DNA of 63,348 nucleotides, filler included, from Octopus bimaculoides (GCF_001194135.2; 5 parts of 5 records of this genome joined end to end with filler, not necessarily neighbours in it); one strand, 5' to 3'. Shown: positions 1-12,481, counted from the whole stretch's first letter. Notes: generated from the letters alone by a model not told the origin. Made by a program: numbers and translations.

Positions 1-32
<32 letters not shown>

Positions 33-168
33 ATATATACATATATATATTATACATATATACACACACAAATATTCAGGTGTTTGTGTGTATGCGCGTG
101 TGTGTGACCATGCATTCGTACATACATGCATAAGGGTATCTGTATCTGCAAGTACAACGGCATTAGAA

Positions 169-204
<36 letters not shown>

Positions 205-806
205 TATATGTATGTATACTAGTGTATATATAGTTGTATGTGTGTATAAGTATATGTGTATATATATATATATGTATATATACATGCATATATATATATA
301 TGTCTGTCAGTGCATATACATGCATATACGTATATATGCATATATGCATGTAATAAGTATGCGTATCTGTGTGGCTTGGTGAATGTGTTTGTGTGTGTGT
401 ACGAGTGTACATTGCAAGTGAGAGAGAGAGAAATATCGGGGGGAGAGAGAGCAATAGGGCCATACAGACAGACGGACAGGCGGACGGACGGACGGACAGA
501 CAGACAGACAGAAGATGGATGAAAACAGTAGAAAAGAGAGAAAAATGGAAAGAAAAATTATTTGAAGTGGAAACAGAAAAGAGTGGGAGTGGGGACTGGA
601 AGAAAGAAGAAAAGAAGAGAGGAAGAGAGGAAGAAATAGAAGAGGAAGTAGACAGGGAGAAAGATGAGAGAAGAAAGGAAGAGAGGCAGAAAACGAAAAA
701 GAAGAGAGAGAGAGAAAGAGAAAGAGAAAGACAAAGAGAAAAGCTGCAAGATTTGTAGAGAGAAGAAAAGGGGGAAATAATATTAGAAAATATTAATAAT
801 GTTATG

Positions 807-860
<54 letters not shown>
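1..860. repeat. Compound microsatellite block: (TA)n, (TG)n, (GACA/GACG)n, GA-rich tract, (TAA)n
   Basis: Seen directly; the overlapping ORFs are dipeptide repeats. Confidence 0.95.
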
Positions 861-862
<2 letters not shown>

Positions 863-1667
863 TAAATAGCAAGAATTTAAAATCCCTGGAGTTTCTCGCT
901 GATGGAAGCTATTGGTTCAAACCTCAGGAGAGACACATAATGTATAACAACNNNNNNNNNNNNNNNNNNNNNNNNNNNNNNNNNNNNNNNNNNNNNNNNN
1001 NNNNNNNNNNNNNNNNNNNNNNNNNNNNNNNNNNNNNNNNNNNNNNNNNNNNNNNNNNNNNNNNNNNNNNNNNNNNNNNNNNNNNNNNNNNNNNNNNNNN
1101 NNNNNNNNNNNNNNNNNNNNNNNNNNNNNNNNNNNNNNNNNNNNNNNNNNNNNNNNNNNNNNNNNNNNNNNNNNNNNNNNNNNNNNNNNNNNNNNNNNNN
1201 NNNNNNNNNNNNNNNNNNNNNNNNNNNNNNNNNNNNNNNNNNNNNNNNNNNNNNNNNNNNNNNNNNNNNNNNNNNNNNNNNNNNNNNNNNNNNNNNNNNN
1301 NNNNNNNNNNNNNNNNNNNNNNNNNNNNNNNNNNNNNNNNNNNNNNNNNNNNNNNNNNNNNNNNNNNNNNNNNNNNNNNNNNNNNNNNNNNNNNNNNNNN
1401 NNNNNNNNNNNNNNNNNNNNNNNNNNNNNNNNNNNNNNNNNNNNNNNNNNNNNNNNNNNNNNNNNNNNNNNNNNNNNNNNNNNNNNNNNNNNNNNNNNNN
1501 NNNNNNNNNNNNNNNNNNNNNNNNNNNNNNNNNNNNNNNNNNNNNNNNNNNNNNNNNNNNNNNNNNNNNNNNNNNNNNNNNNNNNNNNNNNNNNNNNNNN
1601 NNNNNNNNNNNNNNNNNNNNNNNNNNNNNNNNNNNNNNNNNNNNNNNNNNNNNNNNNNNNNNNNNNG

Positions 1668-2067
1668 GTGGTGGTGGTGGTGATGGTGATGATGGTGGTG
1701 GTGGTAGTGATGGTGGTGGTGGTGGTAGTGATGGTGATGATGGTGGTGGTGGTGGTAGTGATGGTTATGGTGGTGGTGGCGGTGATGGTGATGGTGGTGG
1801 TGGCAGTGGTGGTGGGCACGGTAGACGTGGTAGTGGAGATGATAGTGGTGGAGATGGAAGTGGTAGTGATGGTAGTAGTACTAGTAGTAGTAGTAGTAGT
1901 GGTGGCAATGATTGTAGTGGCAGTCATAGATACGGTGGTGATGGCAGTAGTTGTGGTGGTGATGGTGGTGGTGGTCGTCGTCGCGGGGGGTGGGGTACAG
2001 TAGCGATAGTAGGGATTCTAGTCATGCTGGTGGTAGGGGTGGTGCTACCAAGACGGCGGTGACGGAG

Positions 2068-2121
<54 letters not shown>

Positions 2122-2165
2122 ATAGTAGTAGTAGTAGTAGTAGTAGTAGTAGCAGCAGCAGCAGT
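1668..2165. repeat. Degenerate (GGT/AGT/GAT)n trinucleotide tract
   Basis: Seen directly. Confidence 0.95.
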
Positions 2166-2479
2166 CAGAGAGAAGGAATTGGAGAGGGCAGTTGCTCCTG
2201 CGATTTTAGGGAAATCTCGGGCAGTGGGATTCTTCGATTACCCGTAAAGGGCCACATCTCTATCATCCTACACGTCACCTTGTTTTTTTCAACCCTTTGT
2301 ATGCTATGCATATGCCCCTTCTTTTTCAGTTTATATCGTGTATACTTACTTCCTTTCATTCTTATTAAATTAATTTTTTTATATCATTTCCTTATATGTA
2401 AACCCCACTCTCTTTATGTCTGGCTTTTTTATTGTCTGCCCCCCCCCCACCTCATCCTTCGCCCTTGTGGCAAATCCAT

Positions 2480-2665
2480 GAATCGTTAGCACGCCAGGCG
2501 AAATGCTTAGCGGTATTTCGTCTGTCGCTACTCTCTGAGTTCAAGCTGCGCCGAGGTCGACTTTCCCTTTCATTCTTTCGGGGTTGATAAATTAAGTACC
2601 AGTTGTGTACTGGGGTAAATGTAATCGACTTGCACCTCTTCCCCAAATTTCAGGCCTTTTGCCTA

Positions 2666-2668
<3 letters not shown>
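2480..2668 (+). mobile_element. tRNA-derived SINE family B copy (5'-truncated, variant 3' end)
   Basis: GTTAGCACGCCAGGCGAAATGCTTAGCGGTATTTCGTC...GTCGACTTTCCCTTTCATTCTTTCGGGGTTGATAAATTAAGTACCAG matches the copies at 21044, 23006 and 34844. Confidence 0.85.
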
Positions 2669-2704
<36 letters not shown>

Positions 2705-3045
2705 CAGCAGCAGCGGCAGCAACAGCAGCAGTGCTATTAATAGTATTAATAGTAGTAGTGGTAGTAGAGGTTGTAGTGGTTGGCAGTGATTGGTGATGGT
2801 GTTGCTAGATTTGGAGGTGGCGGTGGTGATAGTGTTAATTGTGGTACGGGAGGTGTTTGTGGTTGTGATGATGATGTGTTAGTGTTAGTTGTGATGATGA
2901 TGATGTGTTAGTGATGGTGGTGGGGCTGGTAGTAATGGTAGAAGTGGTAGTAGAGGCAGTGTAAGAGGCGGTGATGTTTGGTACAGTGGTAGTAGAGGCA
3001 GCAGTGGATGTTGATGTAAAGATTGATGGTAGAGGTGATGTGGCC

Positions 3046-3087
<42 letters not shown>

Positions 3088-3119
3088 AATGATAATAACA
3101 ATAATAATAATAATAATAA

Positions 3120-3150
<31 letters not shown>

Positions 3151-3181
3151 AAGAAGAAGAAGAAGAAGAAGATTGATAATG

Positions 3182-3218
<37 letters not shown>

Positions 3219-3543
3219 TAANNNNNNNNNNNNNNNNNNNNNNNNNNNNNNNNNNNNNNNNNNNNNNNNNNNNNNNNNNNNNNNNNNNNNNNNNNNNNNN
3301 NNNNNNNNNNNNNNNNNNNNNNNNNNNNNNNNNNNNNNNNNNNNNNNNNNNNNNNNNNNNNNNNNNNNNNNNNNNNNNNNNNNNNNNNNNNNNNNNNNNN
3401 NNNNNNNNNNNNNNNNNNNNNNNNNNNNNNNNNNNNNNNNNNNNNNNNNNNNNNNNNNNNNNNNNNNNNNNNNNNNNNNNNNNNNNNNNNNNNNNNNNNN
3501 NNNNNNNNNNNNNNNNNNNNNNNNNNNNNNNNNNNNNNNNNNN

Positions 3544-3592
<49 letters not shown>

Positions 3593-3668
3593 CAATAACA
3601 ACAACAGTAATAATAATGATGTGCACTGTTCTCTCACTCGCTCAATAATAATAATAATGATAATGATG

Positions 3669-3729
<61 letters not shown>

Positions 3730-3790
3730 TGATGACTTCTTTTTTTTTGCCACGAAGGATGAGAAGAAAAATCTGATGATGATAATAATA
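2665..3790. repeat. Trinucleotide microsatellite cluster (TAG, CAG, GAT, AAT, AAG) around an N gap
   Basis: Seen directly. Confidence 0.95.
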
Positions 3791-4233
3791 AAGAATGTCA
3801 GATAAAAAATAAAGATAAAAAGTAAGAAATAAGTGAAAAAGAAAGATTAGGGGGAAATATAGTGTGGTAGTGGGTGTGTTTAGGGGTCAGGGGTCTTAAA
3901 AGAAATATGGGTGTAGGTGTAGAGAGAGGTGATGATAAAGGAAGTGGGGTGGGATATAAAAACCAATAAATAAATTGTTGAATAATGGGGAAAATATATA
4001 AAATATAAATGTGTGTTTGTGTGCGTAAATGTATGTACATGGGTGTATAAGTACATATATACATACATATATACATACACACACACATACATACATACAT
4101 ACACACATACCTACATACATACATACATACATACACACATACATACATACATACATACATGCATACATACACACATACATATATACATACATACATACAC
4201 ACACATACACACATACATACACACATACATACA

Positions 4234-4269
<36 letters not shown>

Positions 4270-4481
4270 TATATANNNNNNNNNNNNNNNNNNNNNNNNN
4301 NNNNNNNNNNNNNNNNNNNNNNNNNNNNNNNNNNNNNNNNNNNNNNNNNNNNNNNNNNNNNNNNNNNNNNNNNNNNNNNNNNNNNNNNNNNNNNNNNNNN
4401 NNNNNNNNNNNNNNNNNNNNNNNNNNNNNNNNNNNNNNNNNNNNNNNNNNNNNNNNNNNNNNNNNNNNNNNNNNNNNNNNN

Positions 4482-5590
4482 NGTTAATGCAGATTTGGAC
4501 ATGGCACAAAAAATTCAAAGAGGAAGGCTGTCTGTGAAGGGTAAAAGGATCTGGACGACCACTAAAATCGGATAAGAAGAGCAAGTCTGGAAACCCAGAT
4601 TCCTCCAACAGTTTGGCGCGTTCTGAGGTTACGCTTGCTAATGAAACCTGACAAGCTGCAGCTCGTTCAGGCCATAACAGCAAATGACAAGCGAAAGTGC
4701 AAACAATTCTGTGTTGATATGCAAGAGAAACTTGAAGAAGCCGAGTTCAAGGAACGTCTTATTTTCAGCAATGAGGCCACATTTCATACGAATGGCAAAG
4801 TCATAACCATAATGGTCGCATTTGGGGCGAAGAAAATCCCCATGCCACAGTTGAGCATGAGAAGGACTCACCAAAAGCGAATGTGTTCTGCGCTATCTCC
4901 AAGAAGTGGTAGTGATGGTAGTAGTACTAGCAGTAGTAGTAGTAGTGGTGGCAATGATTGTGGTAGTAGTGTTGGTAGTGTTTTCTTTGAAAGAAATGTG
5001 ACCGGTAATGTTTATCTGCAAATGTTTCAGAACTGGCTAATAGATGAGCTCATTGCAAAAAGAATATGAAGACTTCATTTTGCAACAGGACAGGGTTCCA
5101 CCTCACTGGAAACTCACTGTGAGGGCTTATCTCAATGACATCTGCGAGTGAGATGGATCGGGCGTACTGGTGCTGAAGACAATGTGCTGCTGACATGGCC
5201 GCCACGTTCACCTGACTTGACACCTTGCGATTTTTTCTCTGGGGCTATGTGAAGGGCCTGGTTTATGTCCCCCCCCCCTCTTCCTGCAAACCTAGAAGAA
5301 CTCGAGCAGAGAATAACTACCGCTCTGGAGACAGTTACCCAAGACTCGCTGCAGCGCGTTTGGGAGGAGCTGAACAATCGAATTGGCGTGTTCTGTGTCT
5401 CAAGCAGTGCGCATATTAAATATTTATGAAATAATTCATGGAATCGACATACCTTTGAATTTCTCATTCAAATAAGAAGGAATCAATCTTATGTTGCTCA
5501 ACATTAAGTCTGTTTAGTTTCATTTGCTTGCCTATGTAGTTTCTGTGATATTTACATCTCAAATGATATCAATTTTTTTCAAACACCCTG
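4482..5590 (+). mobile_element. Degenerate Tc1/mariner transposon (rosa/DD41D-like group), transposase pseudogene with right TIR
   Basis: Translated fragments LIFSNEATFHTNGKV, FFFERNVTGNVYLQM, LQQDRVPPHW, WIGRTG..WPPRSPDLTPCDFFLWGYVKGLVY; ends in AAACACCCTG followed by TA; frameshifts and stops; left end lost in a gap. Confidence 0.9.
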
Positions 5591-5617
5591 TATATGTATA
5601 TGTATATATATATATAT

Positions 5618-5725
<108 letters not shown>

Positions 5726-5776
5726 ATATATACATATGCATGTATATGTATGTATATATATATATGTATGTCTATA

Positions 5777-5998
5777 CAGTAATCCCTCGCCATATTGTGG
5801 TTCACCTATCGCTGTTTATTAGCTTACATCGATTCCTGTATGGTGTTGTTCTGCATTTATAATAAAATAAATGTAAACAAATCATTAAAATAACAAGGAA
5901 AAATATACAGTACAGTACTGTTTCTACTTCGCAGATTTTCCTCTATCACGAGAGGGGTGGGGTGGGACGTAACACCCGCGATAGTCGAGGGATTACTG
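5777..5998. mobile_element. Tigger/pogo-type MITE (about 222 bp)
   Basis: TA then CAGTAATCCCTCG at left and CGAGGGATTACTG at right (13-bp perfect inverted match); internal TACAGTACAGTACTGT. Confidence 0.8.
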
Positions 5999-6143
5999 CG
6001 TATATATAAATATATATACATATATATATATATATATAATTAATTTAAAAACGGAGAAAAAAGACAATAAGTAAAAACAGCGCGAGGATGTGGTACATGC
6101 AAAATATTAAAAAAGACGGTCAGAGAAAGAAAGAACGAGTGGT

Positions 6144-6180
6144 TGTTTTACGTTTCGAGCAATGCTCTTCTTCGGAAACA
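6144..6180 (-). ncRNA. Minimal type I hammerhead-like motif in a Penelope-type terminal repeat
   Basis: Minus strand UGUUU-CCGAAGA-A-GAGC-AUU-GCUC-GAAA-CGUA-AAACA: 5-bp stem I, 4-bp stem II, palindromic ACGU, GUA cleavage triplet; core has U4C. Confidence 0.65.
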
Positions 6181-6484
6181 GGGGACATGGGAAAGTCCAA
6201 AAGAAAAGGAAGAAGGAGGGAAAAAAATTAGCCAACAGTCCACGTGTAGAGGGTGTGAATGTCGATGTAGGTGTGGGTGATGGCGAGGAAGTGGAAGAAA
6301 AAGAAGAGTGGAAGTAGAACTGAAGGTAGGTCGAGGACGAGTGAAGAGGAAGAGTCAAGGACAAATTGTAATGATTCACAATCAAGGTGCAGAAATGGCG
6401 AACTCCGAATGAATTCTAGATTTTAAGTTCGATTCTAGGAAGTGACCCGAATAATGATGATAATAATAATAATAATAATAATAA

Positions 6485-6531
<47 letters not shown>

Positions 6532-6537
6532 ATAATG

Positions 6538-6617
<80 letters not shown>

Positions 6618-6624
6618 AATAATT

Positions 6625-7690
6625 AGAGAAAGAAATGACAGAAAAATTTAAGGTGGAATACTTGTGTAAACTGAGACTGATCCTTAAGTCGAAATTAAAC
6701 GGACGGAATACGATCGAAACTATCAACACCTGGGAGGTTTCACACCTTAGATATGGAGCAGGGGTAATCGCATGGACAGTAGACGAACTAAACAGTTTAG
6801 ACAGAAAGACAAGGAAGTTGATAAGGGACACTCCACTCTAAAAGTGACACAGACAGACTGTATGTACCAAAAAAAAAACGAGGGGGAAGAGGACTTATTG
6901 GATGCAAACACAGCATTAGAGCAGAAGAAAATAACATAGCATGGTATGTAAAAAATGCCACAGAACCGCTATTATTAGAAGTAAGAAGGTCAGACTTGTG
7001 TAGCATGAAAGATTGCAAAGATAAAGCACTGTACAGGCAATTGAAAACGAATGAAACTGAAAATAGGTGGGTAAAGAAAAGAATGCATGGTCAATTTCAT
7101 AGGGATGTTGAAGATACGACAGACAGATAAAAAAGATGGCTGTGGATGACTAAAAGTGATTTAAAACCGGAAACGGAGGCTCTAATCTGTACTACCCAAG
7201 AGCAAGCTCTAAGAACAAACTACATAAAATACAGAATAGACAACACAGCAGAAAGTGATAAGTGCAGAATCTGTGGACAAAACGGTGAAACCGTATGGCA
7301 TATTACCAGCCAATGTACGCCACTAGCCCAGAAGAAATATAAAAGACGCCACGACAATATAGCCAAGCTTGTCCATTGGACACTTTGCAACAAGTATGAA
7401 CTTGACAGAGCAAAAGAAGGGTACAACCACAAACCGGAAGGCATCGTTGAAAATAGAAATGCAAAGATCCTGTGGGATTTTATGATTCAGTACGACCATG
7501 AGATAGAGAATAGGAAGCCAGATGTAGTGTTAATTGAGAAAGAAAACAAACTATGCTGGATCATAGATATAGCATGCCCAGCTGACAACAAGGTATGCAA
7601 TAAGGAAGAAAGAAAAGTCCATAGATATGGCAGGTTAGCTTGGGAGGTTAAGTAGTTGTGGTCGATGAAGATAATAGTCCTTGTGCCTTT
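6625..7690 (+). mobile_element. R4/Dong-clade non-LTR retrotransposon 3' fragment (post-RT region, CCHC finger, restriction-like endonuclease), degenerate
   Basis: Peptides LKSKLNGRNTI..LRYGAGVIAW..LDRKTRK; ETEALICTTQEQAL; CRICGQNGETVWHITSQC; ILWDF..RKPDVVLI..WIIDIACPAD..KEERK; lies next to a TAA/TAG/TGA tract. Confidence 0.85.
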
Positions 7691-7860
7691 AGCAGAAAAG
7701 ATTAATGAAACCATTACAGTAATAATAATAGTTTCTTTTATTAGCCACAGGTGCATAGATGTGGTGGACATCACAAGTACAGACAACAATTTGTGCGGGA
7801 ATTTACTTAAAATACGGGGAGAAATAAATGGAAAAGACGGTGAAATATAAGAAAAGTCTA

Positions 7861-8017
7861 GGAGTGACTGTGTGGTAAGTAGCTTGTTTACCAGCCACAT
7901 GGTTCTGGGTTCAGTCCCACTGCATGGCACATTGGGCAAGTGTCTTCTACTATAGCTTCGGGTCGACCAAAGCCTTGTGAGTGGATTGGGTAGACGGAAA
8001 CTGAAAGAAGCCCGTCG

Positions 8018-8050
<33 letters not shown>

Positions 8051-8269
8051 ATGTGTTTGTTTGTGTCTGTGTTTGTCTCCCATCATCGCTTGACAACCGA
8101 TGCTGGTGTGTTTACGTCCCCGTAACTTAGCAATTCGGCAACAGAGACCGATAGAATAAGTACTAGACTTACAAAGAATAAGACCCGGGAGTCGATTTGT
8201 TGTACTAAAAACGATGCTCTAACATGGCCGCAGTCAAATGACTGGAACAAGTAAAAGAATAAAAGAATA
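7861..8269 (+). mobile_element. tRNA-derived SINE family A (CORE-like), full length
   Basis: A-box TGTGTGGTAAG, B-box GGTTCAGTCCC, CORE-like TTGGGCAAGTGTCTT, internal (TA)/(TG) tract, 3' tail CATGGCCGCAGTCAAATGACTG.AACAAGTAAAAGA. Confidence 0.9.
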
Positions 8270-8625
8270 GCATATAAATTATGTGATAACAAGAATGATG
8301 CAGTCCTCCTGATACAGGAGAAATTCAAGCTAGTACCAATCAAGGAACTTCATAGATCCAGTATTCACCTCAGTCCCAAAGTCTCGAGCCCGCTTTTTTG
8401 CTTTCCAATCTACAAGCGCATAATTAGAACCGGGTCATTCACTCTAACCATTTTGCCTCATTTAAATCTTATCTCAAAAATCACCGGAGGGTAGCATTTT
8501 CCACTTTACCCTTACTTTCCTTCCCAAGTGGGATTTTATAGAAAAACAAAATAGTCGATGAGGGCTTGATTGGAAGATGAAGGTGTCTTTCCGCAATCTT
8601 TTCACTCTCGTCCATCAATATTAAT

Positions 8626-8975
8626 AACTCGCTGAATTACCCGGCGTTGCCCGAGTTAATCACTCAGAGAATCAAGAGTAACATCGCAAAGCTCTTTGTC
8701 TAACTTATAGTAAATCTTTTCTAAAAAAAAAAAACACGAAATTTAGGACTAAGAACACTTTGTGGACCTTTTTATTTTTCTTCTTTTAAGAATATATTTT
8801 TGTTTGATATCTAAATTTCAAACACATGCATGTTCAATTCTATAAGAATTTGTACGCAAATTCAAAACTTTTGAATCCCTTTTCAGTTTCTGTTTAAACG
8901 TAACCCTTACTAACTCAAAATTGTAATCCGAAATGCTAACACGAAAGCCTGGCGCTAAATGCTAACCCACAGCGG
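8626..8975 (+). mobile_element. Possible non-autonomous Helitron-like relic
   Basis: AACTCGCTGAATTACCCGGCGTTGCCCGAG resembles the ACTAGC..ACCCGGCGTTGCCCGG start of animal non-autonomous Helitron-like elements; degenerate CTAACCC motifs downstream; 3' end not defined. Confidence 0.3.
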
Positions 8976-9519
8976 GAGCGAGTACGAGCGTGATATGAAA
9001 GAGGTGTGGAGAGAGAGAGGGGGAAGAGAGGGTATGGCGAGAAAGAGTATGATATGAAAGACATGTGTATGCAGAGAGAGAGAGTGGGGGGAGGGATAAA
9101 AAGAATGAATTTGGTTTAATCACAAATATAATTGTTATAGGATTAAGTTACTTCCATTCGTGTGCGTAACAGCATAAGTGTGTGCACACATGTTAATAGA
9201 GTAAGCCTTTGATCTGAATCATTCTTTTTTCTTATAGGCGACAGCATGTGACATGCGTACATACATGCATACATACACTGCTTTCATTAGTTATCATGTC
9301 TGCTACGACTTGGCTTTGTAAATTGATTGAAAGCGTGCGCGTGTGTATCCCTGAATGACAGTTGTATTAACGTTTCCATCCCACTGCCACTCCATATTTG
9401 TCACTTATCAGTCACTCTCCTTATGCCACCTCATTCCCTTCACACTAGCACTCTTGCGTCATTCTTATTTTATCCAAAAATAGCCTATACTACCATTACA
9501 ATTTTACAAGTTATAACAT

Positions 9520-10385
9520 GATGATGCTGATGCCTATTGATGCAGTTAAGGATCACCCTTGCGAGAATTTTTCCAACTATGCACAACAATCGTATTCCTA
9601 AGAGATTATCACATACACTTTTCTTCCCTTTGTTTTTGTGCAAGTGTATTATAGTGTGCATACATTGTGCACACATTGTGCAAGTGCATTATCTTTGAAC
9701 TGTTGAGGAACAGATCCAGTTTCTCAGATAAAACAGATCAATTTGCGCAGCTTACTTACAAGTTGTCTGCCACTATGCTTCTACGTATCTATGAGAATAC
9801 TGTCTTGTCCAGAAGCTTTACTATTAGAAAGTTTTTTGACGGCAGTACTTATCTCTTCCAAAGAAGGGTCTTCCACTAGTTCTTCAATTATTAGGCCACT
9901 GGAGGATTTCGCTGATTACTTCAGGATCGGTTGTGGATTCTTGATTTAATAAAGAATTTCATCTTCACTACTTAAGAGTCTTGTTCCGTCGTTAGAGAGA
10001 ATGGGTCCTGGGGCACCCTTTCTTGGACCAAATACATTCTTCAGATTGTCATACAGTGCTCTCAAGTTGTGAGAATTAGCAGACTGTTCCAATTCTTGGA
10101 CTTTTTTTCATCTCACGCAGTTTTTCTGTGTAGTTTTTCTAAAGAAGATGTGTAGAGATCTGAGTGTTAATGAGTTTTGGTCTGAGATCTATGCTTTGTG
10201 TCTCTTGTGCTAAAGGAGTGGTTTAATTTTAGAATCGTTCTTGTCGAACCAGTCTTGGTGCTTGCATTTCACGAATCGTAGAGCTACTTCAGCAGATGAT
10301 TTGATGCTGTCAGGAATATTGTACCACAGCACTTCAGGGTCGTTGCATCCTCTATTTCTGCAGATTTCAAATTTTCCACCAAGGC
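9520..10385 (-). mobile_element. RTE-clade LINE fragment (linker and start of RT), degenerate
   Basis: Minus-strand peptides KHQDWFDKND, PSLEEISTAVKKLSNSKASGQDSI, GSVPQQFKD, IIHLHKNKG..DNLLGIRLLCIVGKILARVILN. Confidence 0.85.
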
Positions 10386-10404
10386 CAGTAAATTTTTCAG
10401 GAAA

Positions 10405-10510
10405 TGTGCGACGAGGAAAGTGGGTAGCTTAGTAAATTACATCAACCCAGTAATTGACAAGTACTTTATTTTATCAGCCCCGAAAACATGAAAGACAACG
10501 TTAGCCTCGT
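10405..10510 (-). mobile_element. Degraded SINE family B-like fragment
   Basis: Reverse complement resembles CTTTCAT..TTTCGGGG.TGATAAAATAAAGTAC. Confidence 0.5.
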
Positions 10511-10599
10511 TGTTATAAAGTTACAAAAATCTGGGATTTTTGTAACCTGTTATCAGGTCCATCGTAGGATTATGACTCAATTACATTTACTTTGACTGG

Positions 10600-10718
10600 A
10601 GAAACGTAAAATGAAAAGTTTTTGCTCAAGAACACAAAGCCCCACCCAACCCGGGAACTAACACCACGATCTTATAATCACGAGTACAACACTCTGTCCA
10701 CTAAGCCGCGCGCCTTTC
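10600..10718 (-). mobile_element. tRNA-like SINE head (further family)
   Basis: Minus strand GAAAGGCGCGCGGCTTAGTGGACAGAGTG..GTGTTAGTTCCCGGG..TGTGTTCTTGAGCAAAAAC with A/B-box-like spacing. Confidence 0.55.
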
Positions 10719-11176
10719 ACTCGTATTCGTTCTACAGAAGCTGTTCAACTCCACAATTTAAGAATACTCAGAGAGAAAATGATTGAGTATCCTACGGTTT
10801 ATATTGCTTTGCGTGCATCCGGGACAATCCTTTTTGATGGCACCAACATGATTGTAGAGTTTGTCTGGAACTCCCTGCGGAGCACAGCCAAGTTGAGGAT
10901 TTCTGGAAGTTATTCATCGTAGTTCCCAGACTGAAAGGCGTCTAGAACAGACCAGTCAATTCGTCCTCGTCGAAGCCTGAAGTCGCTTCGAGGACATTGC
11001 CGCTGTTACTTGCGACTCGTTCTCAAAATAATGGTAATATGAAACTACCACCGACTGCATTGTCCGACTGGCAGAGGACGAGGAGCACCTGATGGCACTG
11101 TAGGAGCTAGGTGCCAAACTGTGAACTTCAGTTCCATCAAAGAGACGAGCTGAATAATAATGATAATAATAATAAT

Positions 11177-11486
11177 AAGTCAGCCACCTTCTATATATGG
11201 ATGACCTAAAATTATATGCAAAAAACGACAAAGAGCTAGAAACACTACTACAGACAGTACACGGCTTTACCAAGGAAATAGAAATGAAATTCGGATTAGA
11301 AAAATGTGCCAAAGCAACCCTGAAAAGAGGAAAATTAGTTAAAAGTAGCAATATAACACTAGATAAAGCCAATGAAATAAGAGAACTAGACGAAAGCCAA
11401 CCATATAAGTATTTAGGAGTCAATGAACTAGATAGGATACAACATACACAAATGAAAGAAAAAATAAAGAAAGAGTACTATAGACG
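11177..11486 (+). mobile_element. R4/Dong-clade RT fragment, 5'-truncated, directly after (TAA)n
   Basis: Open frame VSHLLYMDDLKLYAK..MKFGLEKCAK..YKYLGV..KEKIKKEYYR with YMDD catalytic motif; runs into a linker gap. Confidence 0.9.
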
Positions 11487-11586
11487 NNNNNNNNNNNNNN
11501 NNNNNNNNNNNNNNNNNNNNNNNNNNNNNNTTAATTAATTAANNNNNNNNNNNNNNNNNNNNNNNNNNNNNNNNNNNNNNNNNNNN
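11487..11586. other. Artificial scaffold linker 44N-TTAATTAATTAA-44N
   Basis: Same 100-bp construct at 17089, 27665 and 54551. Confidence 0.95.
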
Positions 11587-12299
11587 ATATATACACAAAT
11601 ATAGATACATATATATATACACAAATATATGTACACATACAAATATATACATACATATATACATATATATATGTACAAATATATATAGAAATATATAAAT
11701 ACACATATATAAAAATATGTATACATACATACATATATATATATATATTTCCATATATATGGATATTTAAACACTTAATGCTAAGAGGGGAAAAAAACAT
11801 TTGTAAGAGAGAGAGAAAGAGAGAGAGAAAGAGAGAGAAAGAATAAAAGTAAAATGGAGTAGGTGAGAGAGAGAAAGACAGAAGGCAACAGAGAGCAGTT
11901 CCTGTGTTTGCACGTGTGTGTGTGTGTGTGTGTGTGTGCATGTGCATGCGTATGTTTGTGTCTGTGTGTGCGCGTGCGTGCATGTGTGTGAAAGCAATTT
12001 AATATTTTTGCCAGACCGAAATCAGCATCGAAGCAGTCAATATTGACCGATAAATCCTCGTACCAATGGACGACAAACAGACTCACCGATACTAACAGAT
12101 ACACATCGGAGGAGGAGGAGGAAGAGGATGAGGAGGAAGGGGAGGAGGATGGGAACACACTAACAACTCTTATATTCACCGTGTCTATCTGTTTGTTTGT
12201 TTCTCTCTCTTTTTCTATCCAGTCGATAGCTACACAACTACCTACGTCTATCTCGTTGATCAAGATCGGTGCGTCCTTTACTATCCACCCGGTCAACAA

Positions 12300-12481
12300 C
12301 ATCTAGAGCTTGCGCCTGCGTCGACGTCGCACTCCTGTTGTCTTCCCAAGTCAGTTAGTCAGCCTGCATCCACGCCCTGCTGTTATGCACCGATACGTTT
12401 GTTCCGAAAGCGTTTGGCCTCCGCATTTCGGTTGTCATGGCGACGGCGCTTCGGCCATTTTTATCTTCTGGTGTTCTTCAG
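12300..12481 (+). promoter_or_regulatory. Candidate CpG-rich promoter or first exon
   Basis: CpG-dense; TGCGCCTGCG (NRF1-like), GTTGTCATGGCGAC (RFX X-box-like), GGCCATTTT (YY1-like); GTCATGGCG start giving MATALRPFLSSGVLQ before a weak donor CAG/GTAGTG. Confidence 0.25.
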
